From: Armatimonadota bacterium
GTDB taxonomy: Bacteria > Armatimonadota > UBA10988
Length of the DNA: 64,000 nt
NCBI GenBank assembly: GCA_016235455.1
Contig: JACRKZ010000021.1
Coordinates: 1 to 64,000, forward strand
Direction of reading: 5' to 3'
The translations under genes were made by a program, and so were the position numbers. Under the pieces are notes generated by a model, which had not been told where the DNA came from, did not search any database, and worked only from the letters and a program-made list of their open reading frames with translations. Each line of letters begins with the position of its first letter. The stretch's first letter is position 1. Below are positions 37,710 to 46,594 of this stretch, in pieces.

Positions 37710-38521
37710 TCGGCACGTCCTGTCTCGAGCGCCAGCGGCTCGGCTTCCACGGCCTCTAGTCGGCCGTCCTCGAAATCCAGCGTGACCCGCATGACGGTCC
37801 GGCCGTGGGCCTCATTCTGACAGATCAGTGTCTGGCCCACGCGCTCGATCATGGGTGTGTGACTGTGACCGCCCAGAATGAGCCGCAGTGCGGGGCAGGA
37901 CTCGGCCAGGCGGCGGTCGGTGCGTTCGCCCAGGTGGGTCAGGGCGATGGGCAGGACGCCGCCGGCGGCGGGCCCCCACCCCAGCCCTCCCCGCGCGCGG
38001 GGAGGGGGCGAACTGTCCGTCCCCCCGCTCGCGGGGGGACTACAGGGGGGGCTGAGCAGGTCTCGCGCCGCCGCCAGCGGATCATCGAACCGCGATGCCG
38101 TGAGATGCCGCGCCCACATGGCTTCGGTGACCATGGGCGTGAGCAACCCGAAAACGACCACGCGCGGCAGGCCCGGCAGGGCGAACTCGGCCTGGGGCAC
38201 GGACCCGCCCCAGCCGGTCGGCCGCAGATTGGCGCACAGCACCGGGCACGGCGCCAGCCGCAACTTGGCGGCCTGCGGCCCGGGCCGGAAATGGTATTCG
38301 CGGTTGCCCATGGCCAGCGCGTCGTAGCCGGCCAGCGCCATGAGCCGGTGCATGGCCTCGCCGCCACGGTGCCAGCCGATGTTGCCGCAGGTCACCGCGT
38401 CGCCGCTGTCGAACAGCAGGCACGGCCCGCTGTCGGCCTTCAGCCGGGCGAGCCGCTCGGCGGTCGCCACGGACATGTGCCCGTGCAGGTCGTTGGTATG
38501 CAGCAGCGTGAGCCGGGTCAC
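37706..38521 (-). CDS. metallophosphoesterase (5'-nucleotidase N-terminal-like) carrying an in-frame palindromic insertion
   Basis: LHTNDLHG, DSGD, GNRE, LTHLG and GGHSH. Confidence 0.88.
   Translation of the reverse strand: MTRLTLLHTNDLHGHMSVATAERLARLKADSGPCLLFDSGDAVTCGNIGWHRGGEAMHRLMALAGYDALAMGNREYHFRPGPQAAKLRLAPCPVLCANLRPTGWGGSVPQAEFALPGLPRVVVFGLLTPMVTEAMWARHLTASRFDDPLAAARDLLSPPCSPPASGGTDSSPPPRARGGLGWGPAAGGVLPIALTHLGERTDRRLAESCPALRLILGGHSHTPMIERVGQTLICQNEAHGRTVMRVTLDFEDGRLEAVEAEPLALETGRAE
37973..38051. repeat. C/G-tract palindromic doublet inside a coding sequence
   Basis: CCCCCACCCCAG-CCCTCCCCGCGCGCGGGGAGGG, then inverted partner GTCCCCCCGC-TC-GCGGGGGGAC-TACAGGGGGGG. Confidence 0.8.
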
Positions 38522-38527
38522 ATTACC

Positions 38528-39118
38528 CTACCGGCGGAAGCCAATCTTGCTCAGGGAGCCGCCGGCCTCGGCCTCGAGTTCGTTCAGCCAGCCACCTTCG
38601 GTGCTCATGCCCTGCGCGGTGTACCACGCCTTGAGCACGTCGCAGAAGCGGCCTTGGACGGTCAGCAGTCGTTCGACGAGTTCGCGCACGGCGCCGCGGC
38701 CGCCGGGAGTTTCGAGAATCAGGTCGGCGCGCTTGCGCACCAGCAGTACGCCGTCGCGCGGGGTCACGCTCAGCCGGCAGGTGAGCATGGCCGGCAGGTC
38801 GGCCAGGTCACTGCCCAGGTAGGCCACCTGGCCCAGATCGACCCAGTCCATCACGGCCTGACCACGGCTGGCCAGCACCTCCACGCCTTCCACGCGACTG
38901 GTGATGGGCGCCAGCGCCTCGGCTGACTGATCGGACACGAGAGCCACCCGCCAACCGGCGGTGAGCGCCAGTTCCATGCCGAGCAGGTCGACCCGACTGT
39001 AGAGCCCGCCGCAATCTCCGCCCAGCGACCGCAGCCCGTCGATCAGTCCGCCTTCAACACCTATCACCAACGCCGAAACGGCTTTCATCCGTTCGGCAGC
39101 TTCCAAAGTCTCGCGCAT
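38528..39118 (-). CDS. KdsC-like HAD-fold protein with degenerate catalytic motifs
   Basis: Retains VAYLG.D..DLP.M and ADLI…PGGRGAVREL.E.LL; motif I reads IGVEGGLIDG rather than LDVDGVLTDG. Confidence 0.75.
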   Translation of the reverse strand: MRETLEAAERMKAVSALVIGVEGGLIDGLRSLGGDCGGLYSRVDLLGMELALTAGWRVALVSDQSAEALAPITSRVEGVEVLASRGQAVMDWVDLGQVAYLGSDLADLPAMLTCRLSVTPRDGVLLVRKRADLILETPGGRGAVRELVERLLTVQGRFCDVLKAWYTAQGMSTEGGWLNELEAEAGGSLSKIGFRR

Positions 39119-39144
39119 GGCTAACCTCTCAGGCGGCGCCTTGA

Positions 39145-40578
39145 TCAGGCAGCAGCTGCCTGGGCCATCGCCTCGTTGCCGGCGCAACTCGGGGCGCTCA
39201 ACGCGCGCACCGCGTCCACGCTCGCATCGTGACGCACGGCGGCCATGACCAGCAGGAGTAGCAACTCGTCGGCCAGCACCAGCGTGCCCAGCGGCACAGC
39301 CAGCAACGCCGTCGCGCACAGCAAAGCGCGCGACCAGCCAACCATACGCGCCAGCCGTTGCTGCTTGGCGCGCTGGCGCCGAGCCAGACCGTAGACCATC
39401 GGCAACACCGAGAGTCGTTCGGCCGGCAATGCGGCCAGCGCTTGCTCCGGCAGCTCCTCGTCGCCTTCGGTGACGACCAGGAGCAGACCGTGGCCCGCCA
39501 ACAGCGCGGCGTCGCGCGCGGCGACCACCACTACCTGCTCATGAGGCAGCCGACCCACACCCGCATCTTCGGGTTGGGCCGCCGGTGCCAAGGGTATCAC
39601 GGTTTCGAATGCCACGTCCGCCAAGCGGCTGCCGATCTCGTCACAATCGACCTCGGCCACCAGCGTCAGCGGCTCCACGCCGCTCGACAGCAGCGCCGGC
39701 ACCAGACCCATGCCGCTGTGCCGCGGCGCATCCTCGATCACCAACCAGCCGAGCACCTGCTGGTCGGCCATGACCAGCAACACGCGCCGACACGGCACCG
39801 GCGTGGCCAGGAATGGCGTCAGCGCGTCGGGCAAGGCGACTTCCAGCCGGCGCGCCAGGCTCGGCCCGCCGACCGCATGCGGCTGACCGGCGATGTGGCC
39901 CAGCAGACCCTCGCCCGGCAGCGCCAGCAGGTCGTCGACCTTGGGCAAGGCCAGGCGATAGGTGCGCGCCGCTTCGAGCACGGCCTCGGTGAGCGCCGCC
40001 GACCGCGGGCGCAGCAGCGCCGCCGCCGCGCGCAGCACGTCCACCGCGCGCAACTCGCCATGCGCCACCACTTCGGTCACGCGCGGCTTGCCGCGGGTCA
40101 GCACGCCCGATTCACACAGCGCCAGGCCGCGACCGCGCAGCAGACGCGCCAGCGCCGAGGAGGGGAGGTTCGTGTCCCAGGCGCGCGCCACCTTGGCGGC
40201 CAGCGCGGTGGGCAGGAGGTGGGCCAACACCGCGGACGAGGTGTCGTGCGCCAGCACCAGCAGTCCGGCGCCAAGCGCAGCCAGCCGCCCCAGCCCAAAG
40301 CCCAGGTCGACGCCGCACATGGCCAGCAGCACCGCCAGGCCGCCCAGGCCGGCGATAGCGCAGGTGGCCGCCGACGGCCGGCATCGCCGATCACGCAGGA
40401 CCTCGTCGACATCGATGCCGCGCACGCGCGCCAGGTCGTCAAGCGCGCGCCACTCGAGCACCCAGCCGACGGCCGCCACGCTCAACGCCAGCAGCGCCGA
40501 ACCGCGATCGCCCAGTCGCCAACACAACGCCGCGGCAAAGGCGACGCCCACGAGCCGGTGTACTTGAAAGATAGCCAT
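39145..40578 (-). CDS. degenerate P1B-type ATPase-like membrane protein
   Basis: LCESGVLTRGKPRVTEV aligns with FDKTGTLTxGKPxVTxV; LPGEGL and VLGWLVIEDAPR retained; TM segments at both ends. Confidence 0.7.
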   Translation of the reverse strand: MAIFQVHRLVGVAFAAALCWRLGDRGSALLALSVAAVGWVLEWRALDDLARVRGIDVDEVLRDRRCRPSAATCAIAGLGGLAVLLAMCGVDLGFGLGRLAALGAGLLVLAHDTSSAVLAHLLPTALAAKVARAWDTNLPSSALARLLRGRGLALCESGVLTRGKPRVTEVVAHGELRAVDVLRAAAALLRPRSAALTEAVLEAARTYRLALPKVDDLLALPGEGLLGHIAGQPHAVGGPSLARRLEVALPDALTPFLATPVPCRRVLLVMADQQVLGWLVIEDAPRHSGMGLVPALLSSGVEPLTLVAEVDCDEIGSRLADVAFETVIPLAPAAQPEDAGVGRLPHEQVVVVAARDAALLAGHGLLLVVTEGDEELPEQALAALPAERLSVLPMVYGLARRQRAKQQRLARMVGWSRALLCATALLAVPLGTLVLADELLLLLVMAAVRHDASVDAVRALSAPSCAGNEAMAQAAAA

Positions 40579-40579
40579 C

Positions 40580-41287
40580 CTAGGTAAAGACCGGGATGGC
40601 GCCCCGAAGTTGCAGACCGGCAACCGACCAGCCGCAGCGCACCGCCAGCAACATCACCCCCGCCGCCTCCGCCGCGCGCAACGCCTCGCCGAAGTCGGGA
40701 TCGGTCCCATCGTTGGGTCCCACCGAGCGCACATCGTCGCGCTGCACGACGAACAACGCCGCCGCGCGCTGGCCCTCGCCCACCAACGCCGTCAACTCGC
40801 CCAGGTGCCGCCGGCCGCGCACCGTCGGCGCGTCGGGGAAGCGGCCGTGCCCGTCGTCGACCAGCGTGCACGACTTGACCTCGACCCACACCGCCGGCTC
40901 CGCCTCCAGCCGGAAGTCGAGCCGGCTGGCGCCCCAGCGCACCTCGGGCCGCACCGCGTCGTACGCACCCAGTTCGGGGATCGAACGCTGTTCGAGCGCA
41001 GCGCGGGCCAGCTTGCCGCCCAGGCGGTTGTCGATGCAGACCGGCACCACGCCGGCCTCGGTCTCGTGCAGCACACCCAGCAGATCCCACGCGGTCTTGC
41101 GGTCGGGGTTGGTCGCCGGCCGCAGATGCACGGTGCGGCCGGCGATCATCAACTCGGTCATGCGGCCAGGGTTGGGCACATGGGCGAACTGCTCACGACC
41201 ATCTATGTCGACCCGCGCCAGGTAGCGGTTCGGCCGTTCGAGCAGACGACCCTCGACTACACCTTCACCCGCGGAAATAGCGACCAT
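40580..41287 (-). CDS. sfsA: DNA/RNA nuclease SfsA
   Basis: RPNRYL, HVPNPGRM.EL, SRLDF, EVKSCTL and FPDAPTVRGRRHL. Confidence 0.95.
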   Translation of the reverse strand: MVAISAGEGVVEGRLLERPNRYLARVDIDGREQFAHVPNPGRMTELMIAGRTVHLRPATNPDRKTAWDLLGVLHETEAGVVPVCIDNRLGGKLARAALEQRSIPELGAYDAVRPEVRWGASRLDFRLEAEPAVWVEVKSCTLVDDGHGRFPDAPTVRGRRHLGELTALVGEGQRAAALFVVQRDDVRSVGPNDGTDPDFGEALRAAEAAGVMLLAVRCGWSVAGLQLRGAIPVFT

Positions 41288-41322
41288 GCACGGTCCTCGG
41301 GGCCGTTGGCCCTATACGCATG

Positions 41323-43161
41323 TCATTCCACCGTGACGGACTTGGCCAGGTTGCGCGGCTGGTCGATCTCGCGGCCCAGCGCGGCCGACAGGTAGTAGGT
41401 GAACAGGTAGGCCGGCACCACCGTGAGGAACGGCATCAGCAGATCGTCGGCATCGGGCACCCTGATCACCTCGTCCACCTGGCCCGTTACCACGTTGTCG
41501 CCAGCGCGCACCACGCCGATGACCCGCGCGCCGCGGGCGGCGACTTCCTGCAGGTTGCTCAGCGTCTTGTCCACCAGCTCGCGTTGGGTGGCCAGCCCGA
41601 AGACCAGCACCTCGGGTGTCATCAGCGCCAGCGGACCGTGCTTGAGCTCACCCGCGGCGTAGGCCTCGGCGCGCTTGTAGCTAATCTCCTTGAGCTTGAG
41701 CGCGCATTCCAGGCTGCTGGCGGCGTCGAGCCCGCGGCCCAGGTAGAAGAAGTGCTCCCAGTGGGCATAGCGACGGCCCATGTCCGCGATCTGCTCGCGC
41801 TCGGCCAGGATCTGCTCGAGCAGCGCCGGCACCGTGCTCAGCGCCGTGGTCACCTCGGCCACGCCGGCGTCGTCCAGCGCCCCGTTGAGCCGCGCCAGGT
41901 GCAGCGCCAGCAGGTAGAGCGCCACGAGTTGCGTGACGTAGGCCTTGGTCGAGGCCACGCAGATCTCGGGCCCGGCCCAGGTCGGCCAGTTGGCGTCGGC
42001 CTCGCGGCTCAGGCTCGAGCCGATGACATTGACCACGCCCAGCGTGAGCACGCCGCGGCGCTTGGCCTCACGCAGCGCGGCCAGCGTGTCGGCCGTCTCG
42101 CCGCTCTGGCTGACGGCGATGACCATCTGGTCGTCGCTCAGGATGGGCGAGCGGTACCGAAACTCGCTGGCCAGATCGACTTCGACCGGCAGCCGCGCCA
42201 GCTTCTCGATGACGGCCTTGCCCACCATGGCCGCGTAGTAGCTGGTGCCGCAGGCGACGATGGAGAGTCGGCGCACGGCGCGCAGCCGTTCGTCGCTCAG
42301 GCCCAGTTCCGCGGCCACCACCTGGCCCGCCGGATCGATGCGGCCGCGCAGCGTCTGCGCCACGGCCGCGGGGATCTCCTCGATCTCCTTGAGCATAAAA
42401 TGCTCGTAGCCGCCCTTCTCCGCGGCGTGGATGTCCCAGTCGATGTGCCGCGCCGGCCGCTCGACGCTCTCGCCGGCCAGGTTGGACAGCATCACCGAGC
42501 CCGCGCGCACGCAGGCCACGTCGCCGTCTTCGAGGACGATGACCGACCGCGTGTAGGGCAGCACGGCGGGGATGTCCGAGGCGATGAAGGTCTCGCCCTC
42601 ACCCAGCCCGATGACCAGCGGCGACTGCTGGCGCACGACATACAGGCAGTCGGGCGCCGCCTCCGCCACCACCGCCACGGCGAACGCGCCACGCAGCTCG
42701 GCGGCGGCCAGCAGCAAGGCGCGACCCACGTCGCCCGCGGCCGGGCCGGCCAGCTTGGCGGCCAGCAGATGGGCGATGACCTCGGTGTCGGTCTCACTGA
42801 CGAACACCGCGCCGCCCGCGGTCAATCGCGCGCGCAGCTCGGCGTGGTTCTCAATGATGCCGTTGTGCACCACGGCCAGATCACCCGCGGTGGAGACATG
42901 AGGATGAGCGTTGGGCGTGGAGGGCCGACCGTGCGTGGCCCAGCGGGTATGGCCGATGCCGAGATGCACATCCAGCGGGTCGCGTTCGACCAGCGCCGCC
43001 AGGGCACGCACCTTGCCCACGGTCTTGACCACGCGCAGGCGCCCGCGGTCGAGTACGGCCAGGCCCGCGGAATCGTAGCCGCGGTACTCCAGCCGAGAGA
43101 GTTCGTCGAGCAGCACTCCGGTGGCGCTACGGGGTCCCAAATAGCCGACGATGCCGCACAT
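41323..43161 (-). CDS. glmS: glutamine-fructose-6-phosphate transaminase
   Basis: MCGIVGY, LEYRGYDSAG, GHTRWATHG, SQSGETADT and PRNLAKSVTVE; AGGAGG RBS. Confidence 0.98.
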   Translation of the reverse strand: MCGIVGYLGPRSATGVLLDELSRLEYRGYDSAGLAVLDRGRLRVVKTVGKVRALAALVERDPLDVHLGIGHTRWATHGRPSTPNAHPHVSTAGDLAVVHNGIIENHAELRARLTAGGAVFVSETDTEVIAHLLAAKLAGPAAGDVGRALLLAAAELRGAFAVAVVAEAAPDCLYVVRQQSPLVIGLGEGETFIASDIPAVLPYTRSVIVLEDGDVACVRAGSVMLSNLAGESVERPARHIDWDIHAAEKGGYEHFMLKEIEEIPAAVAQTLRGRIDPAGQVVAAELGLSDERLRAVRRLSIVACGTSYYAAMVGKAVIEKLARLPVEVDLASEFRYRSPILSDDQMVIAVSQSGETADTLAALREAKRRGVLTLGVVNVIGSSLSREADANWPTWAGPEICVASTKAYVTQLVALYLLALHLARLNGALDDAGVAEVTTALSTVPALLEQILAEREQIADMGRRYAHWEHFFYLGRGLDAASSLECALKLKEISYKRAEAYAAGELKHGPLALMTPEVLVFGLATQRELVDKTLSNLQEVAARGARVIGVVRAGDNVVTGQVDEVIRVPDADDLLMPFLTVVPAYLFTYYLSAALGREIDQPRNLAKSVTVE

Positions 43162-43225
43162 ACAAGACCTCCTGTCTTTCCTCAGCCGGCCAAATGGGGG
43201 GCTTGCCGGCGGCGACGTCAGACTC

Positions 43226-43253
43226 ATTGTAGTACGCTGGCGGTCAGCGTCCA
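43226..43253 (-). promoter_or_regulatory. putative glmS promoter with an overlapping palindrome
   Basis: TGGACG-N16-TACAAT; ACGCTG-N5-CAGCGT at 43234-43250. Confidence 0.5.
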
Positions 43254-43321
43254 GGGAAGTTGGGTGCCGGACTCGTGGCGACCGCCGCCAGCCGGCGACG
43301 CACCGGCGCTGATGACGGCCT

Positions 43322-43350
43322 TTGACACTAAGTGATCAGGGTGCTACCAT
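43322..43350 (+). promoter_or_regulatory. sigma70 promoter of rpsO
   Basis: TTGACA-N17-TACCAT with extended TG. Confidence 0.75.
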
Positions 43351-43382
43351 GCAGGGGTAGGCAATCGAGAGGAGCTCAAGGG

Positions 43383-43649
43383 ATGCTGGATGCGGCCGAC
43401 AAGACGGCCATTATGGCCCCGTTCCAGCGGGACGAGAAAGACACCGGTTCCGCCGAGGTGCAGGTAGCCATCCTGACCGCGCGGATCCAACAGATGACCA
43501 AACATCTGGTGACCTTCCCGAAGGACTTTCATTCGCGTCGAGGCCTGTATGGCCTCGTGGCGTCGCGCAAGCGGATGCTCCGCTATCTCGCGCGAACCAA
43601 GCCAGAGACGCATCGCCGAGTACTGACAGAACTCGGTATTCGCGGTTGA
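43383..43649 (+). CDS. rpsO: 30S ribosomal protein S15
   Basis: DTGSAEVQVAILT and KDFHSRRGL; GAGGAG RBS. Confidence 0.97.
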   Translation: MLDAADKTAIMAPFQRDEKDTGSAEVQVAILTARIQQMTKHLVTFPKDFHSRRGLYGLVASRKRMLRYLARTKPETHRRVLTELGIRG

Positions 43650-43652
43650 GCG

Positions 43653-43682
43653 AAAGCCCGCGCCTTGTGCGCGGGCTTTCTG
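43653..43682 (+). terminator. intrinsic terminator-like hairpin after rpsO
   Basis: AAAGCCCGCGC-cttgt-GCGCGGGCTTT followed by ct; short U tract. Confidence 0.7.
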
Positions 43683-43894
43683 CATTTGAGCATCTCCCCA
43701 CAGGACCATCCACGCCCGCCCGTAGGGACGCGTGGTGGCCCGTTGTCCGTCATCCTCGCCCGGCTGTGAGGCCTGCCGCAGGTAGAGATGACACAGCGAC
43801 ACTCCTCACTGCCTGGTTGGGTCGACTTTGGCGTCGGCTCCTCACCGGAGCACGCCATCGCGGCTCAGGGGGCCTCACGGAAGACGAGTAAGTG

Positions 43895-46477
43895 ATGAAA
43901 GCAACCACTGTGACCACCCGCGTGGGTGATCTGGACCTCTCGATCGAGACCGGCAAGATGGCCAAACAGGCCGGCGGCTCGGTGGTGGTCCGCTACGGCG
44001 ACCTGACGCTGCTGGCGACGGCAACGATGGGTAATGTGCGGGAAGGCGACTTCTTTCCGCTGACCGTGGATGTTGAGGCGAAGACGTATGCCGCCGGCCG
44101 CATCCCAGTCACCTTCTTCCGCCGCGAGGGCCGACCGGGCGACCGCTCGACGCTCATCGCGCGGATGACCGACCGACCTCTGCGCCCGCTGTTCCCCAGC
44201 GGCATGCGCAACGAGGTGCAGGTGGTCCTGACCATCCTGTCCACCGATGAGCACGGCATTCCCGACACGCTCTGCGGCCTGGGTGCTTCGGCGGCCTTGA
44301 CCATCTCCGAAATCCCCTTTGGCGGCCCGGTTGGTTCGGTGCGCGTGGGTTGGCTCGAAGGCGCCCCGATCATCAACCCGACCTATGAGCAGTTGGCCGA
44401 GAGCCAGCTCGACCTGCTGGTGGCCGGCACCGCCGACGCCATCACCATGGTCGAGGCCGGCGCTGGCGAGCTGTCGCGCGCCGACATGCTGACCGCGCTT
44501 GAGGCCGGTCACGCGGCCATCAAGGCCATCTGCGCCATCCAGGAAGAGCTTCGCTCGCTGGTGGGCAAGGCCAAGGTCGAGGTGCCCCTGCCCCAGACCG
44601 ACGAAGAGCTCAAGGCCAAGGTGCGGGAGCTGTTCGCCCCGCGCTGGCGCGCCGAGCTCGGCTCGCCCGGCAAGGAGCGCCACTACAACACGCTCAAGCA
44701 GTACGGCAAGGAAACCGCCGCCACGCTGCTGGAAGACCCCGCCAACGAAGGCCGGGAAGCCGAGATCAAGCGCTACGTGCACGAGATCGAAGGCGAGGTC
44801 GTCCGGCGCATGATCCTCGACGAGGGCATCCGCTCCGATGGTCGCGACATGGTCACCGTGCGCCCCATCGACGTCGAAGTGACGGCGCTGCCGCGCGTTC
44901 ACGGCTCGGCTCTGTTCACCCGCGGTGAAACGCAGGTGCTGAGCGTGGCCACCCTGGGTACCGTCGGCGACCGCAAGGCCACCGACTGGCTGTTCGAGCA
45001 GTACCAGGAGCGCTACTTCCACCAGTACAACTTCCCGCCGTACAGCGTGGGCGAGTGCAAGCGCATGGGCAGCCCCGGTCGGCGTGAAGTCGGCCACGGC
45101 ATGTTGGCCCAGCGCGCGCTGGTGCCCGTGCTGCCCACCGAGGAAGACTTCCCGTATACCATTCGCGTGGTGTCCGAGGTCATGGAGAGCAACGGCAGCT
45201 CCTCGATGGCCAGCGTCTGCGGCAGCACCATGTCGCTGATGGACGCCGGCGTGCCGATCAAGTCGCCGGTCTCCGGCGTGGCCATGGGCCTGTTGCAGGA
45301 GGGTGACCGCTTCCTGGTCATCACCGACATCCTGGGCCTGGAAGACCACTGCGGGGATATGGACTTCAAGGTCTGTGGTACCGAGAACGGCATCACCGCC
45401 CTGCAGATGGACATCAAGTGCGACGGTCTGTCGCGCGAGGTCATGGAGCAGGCGCTCGAGCAGGCCGAGTCGGCTCTGGCGCACATCCGCGGCAAGATGG
45501 CCGAGGCTCTGGCCGAGCCGCGTGCCGAGATCTCGCCGTATGCCCCCAAGATCGAAGTGCTGCAGATCAACCCCGAGAAGATCGGCACGCTCATCGGCCC
45601 CGGTGGCAAGACCATCAAGAAGATCCAGGAAGAGTCCGGCGCCCGCCTCGATATCGAGCAGGACGGCCGCGTCTTCATCGCCGCGCCCAACGGCGAGTCG
45701 GGCAAGATTGCTCGCGACTGGATCATCGGCCTGACCCACGAGGCGACCGTTGGTGAAGAGTACGAAGGTCCGGTCACCCGCATCTTCGGCTTCGGCGCCA
45801 TGGTTGAGATTCTCCCTGGCAAGGAAGGCCTGGTGCACATCTCGCGCCTGGCCGCCGAGCGCATCGCGCGGGTTGAGGATGCCGTCAACATTGGCGACAA
45901 GCTCAAGGTCCGGGTGAGCGAAGTCGACGATCAGGGCCGCATCAACCTCGAGCGGACGGACATCCCCATCATCGTGAACCTCGGTGGTGGCGGCGGTGGC
46001 GACGACGAAGGTCGGCGCAATCCGGCTCCGCGCGGCGGCGGTGACCGCGGCGGCGACCGCGGTGGCCGTGGTGGCGACCGTGGCGGTCGAGGTGGCGACC
46101 GTGGTGGCCGAGGTGGCTACGGCGGTGGCGGCGGCGGTGGTGACCGTGGCCCGCGCCGCGATGGTGGCGGGGGCGCTCCGGGCGCTCCGGGCGCCTCGGC
46201 TGGTCCCGGTGGTGGCGGCGAGCGCCGCGACGACCGCGGCCCGCGCCGTGACGACCGTGGCCCGCGCCGCGACGACCGCGACCGACCGCGACCGATGGGC
46301 GAAGGCCGCCGCGAGGATAACGGCCCCGTCATCGACGATCCGGATCGGCCGGCGCCGCGCGGTATGCGCGACCGTGGCGATATCGCTCCCGACAATGCGC
46401 CCGACAACGGCCCGAACGTTGCGCCTGACACCCAGGACAACGGTCCCGAGCCCGGTAACGAGCGCTACGACGACTAG
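43895..46477 (+). CDS. pnp: polyribonucleotide nucleotidyltransferase with a long low-complexity C-terminal tail
   Basis: FFPLTVD, FFRREGRP, RREVGHG, SNGSSSMASVC and GDMDFKV; KH and S1 domains. Confidence 0.98.
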   Translation: MKATTVTTRVGDLDLSIETGKMAKQAGGSVVVRYGDLTLLATATMGNVREGDFFPLTVDVEAKTYAAGRIPVTFFRREGRPGDRSTLIARMTDRPLRPLFPSGMRNEVQVVLTILSTDEHGIPDTLCGLGASAALTISEIPFGGPVGSVRVGWLEGAPIINPTYEQLAESQLDLLVAGTADAITMVEAGAGELSRADMLTALEAGHAAIKAICAIQEELRSLVGKAKVEVPLPQTDEELKAKVRELFAPRWRAELGSPGKERHYNTLKQYGKETAATLLEDPANEGREAEIKRYVHEIEGEVVRRMILDEGIRSDGRDMVTVRPIDVEVTALPRVHGSALFTRGETQVLSVATLGTVGDRKATDWLFEQYQERYFHQYNFPPYSVGECKRMGSPGRREVGHGMLAQRALVPVLPTEEDFPYTIRVVSEVMESNGSSSMASVCGSTMSLMDAGVPIKSPVSGVAMGLLQEGDRFLVITDILGLEDHCGDMDFKVCGTENGITALQMDIKCDGLSREVMEQALEQAESALAHIRGKMAEALAEPRAEISPYAPKIEVLQINPEKIGTLIGPGGKTIKKIQEESGARLDIEQDGRVFIAAPNGESGKIARDWIIGLTHEATVGEEYEGPVTRIFGFGAMVEILPGKEGLVHISRLAAERIARVEDAVNIGDKLKVRVSEVDDQGRINLERTDIPIIVNLGGGGGGDDEGRRNPAPRGGGDRGGDRGGRGGDRGGRGGDRGGRGGYGGGGGGGDRGPRRDGGGGAPGAPGASAGPGGGGERRDDRGPRRDDRGPRRDDRDRPRPMGEGRREDNGPVIDDPDRPAPRGMRDRGDIAPDNAPDNGPNVAPDTQDNGPEPGNERYDD

Positions 46478-46594
46478 AGGCATCGGTTCGTAGCACCGCC
46501 TTTGGGCGGATCTACTGACCCTTCACGACGGTCCGGCCCTTGGTGGTCGGGCCGTCGTGGTATCTTGGGGGCTATCCTTCGCACGGGCGGACCA

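Noticed and set aside
43162-43320. glmS ribozyme upstream of glmS
   Set aside because: AGCGCC and ACGAG occur on the minus strand, but the GACGAGG…ATCGA…GGCGGAT core is missing, and the likely promoter lies downstream of them, leaving a leader of only about 60 nt
46030-46290. Tandem GGYGRCCGY-type DNA repeats as a CRISPR array or VNTR element
   Set aside because: They are in-frame codons of the PNPase RGG/DR tail, with no unique spacers and no cas genes
43865-46483. 872-aa antisense ORF over pnp, and similar long shadows (111-2345, 13255-15081, 41320-43335, 60387-63077)
   Set aside because: Expected in high-GC DNA opposite genes with strong codon bias; no recognisable motifs
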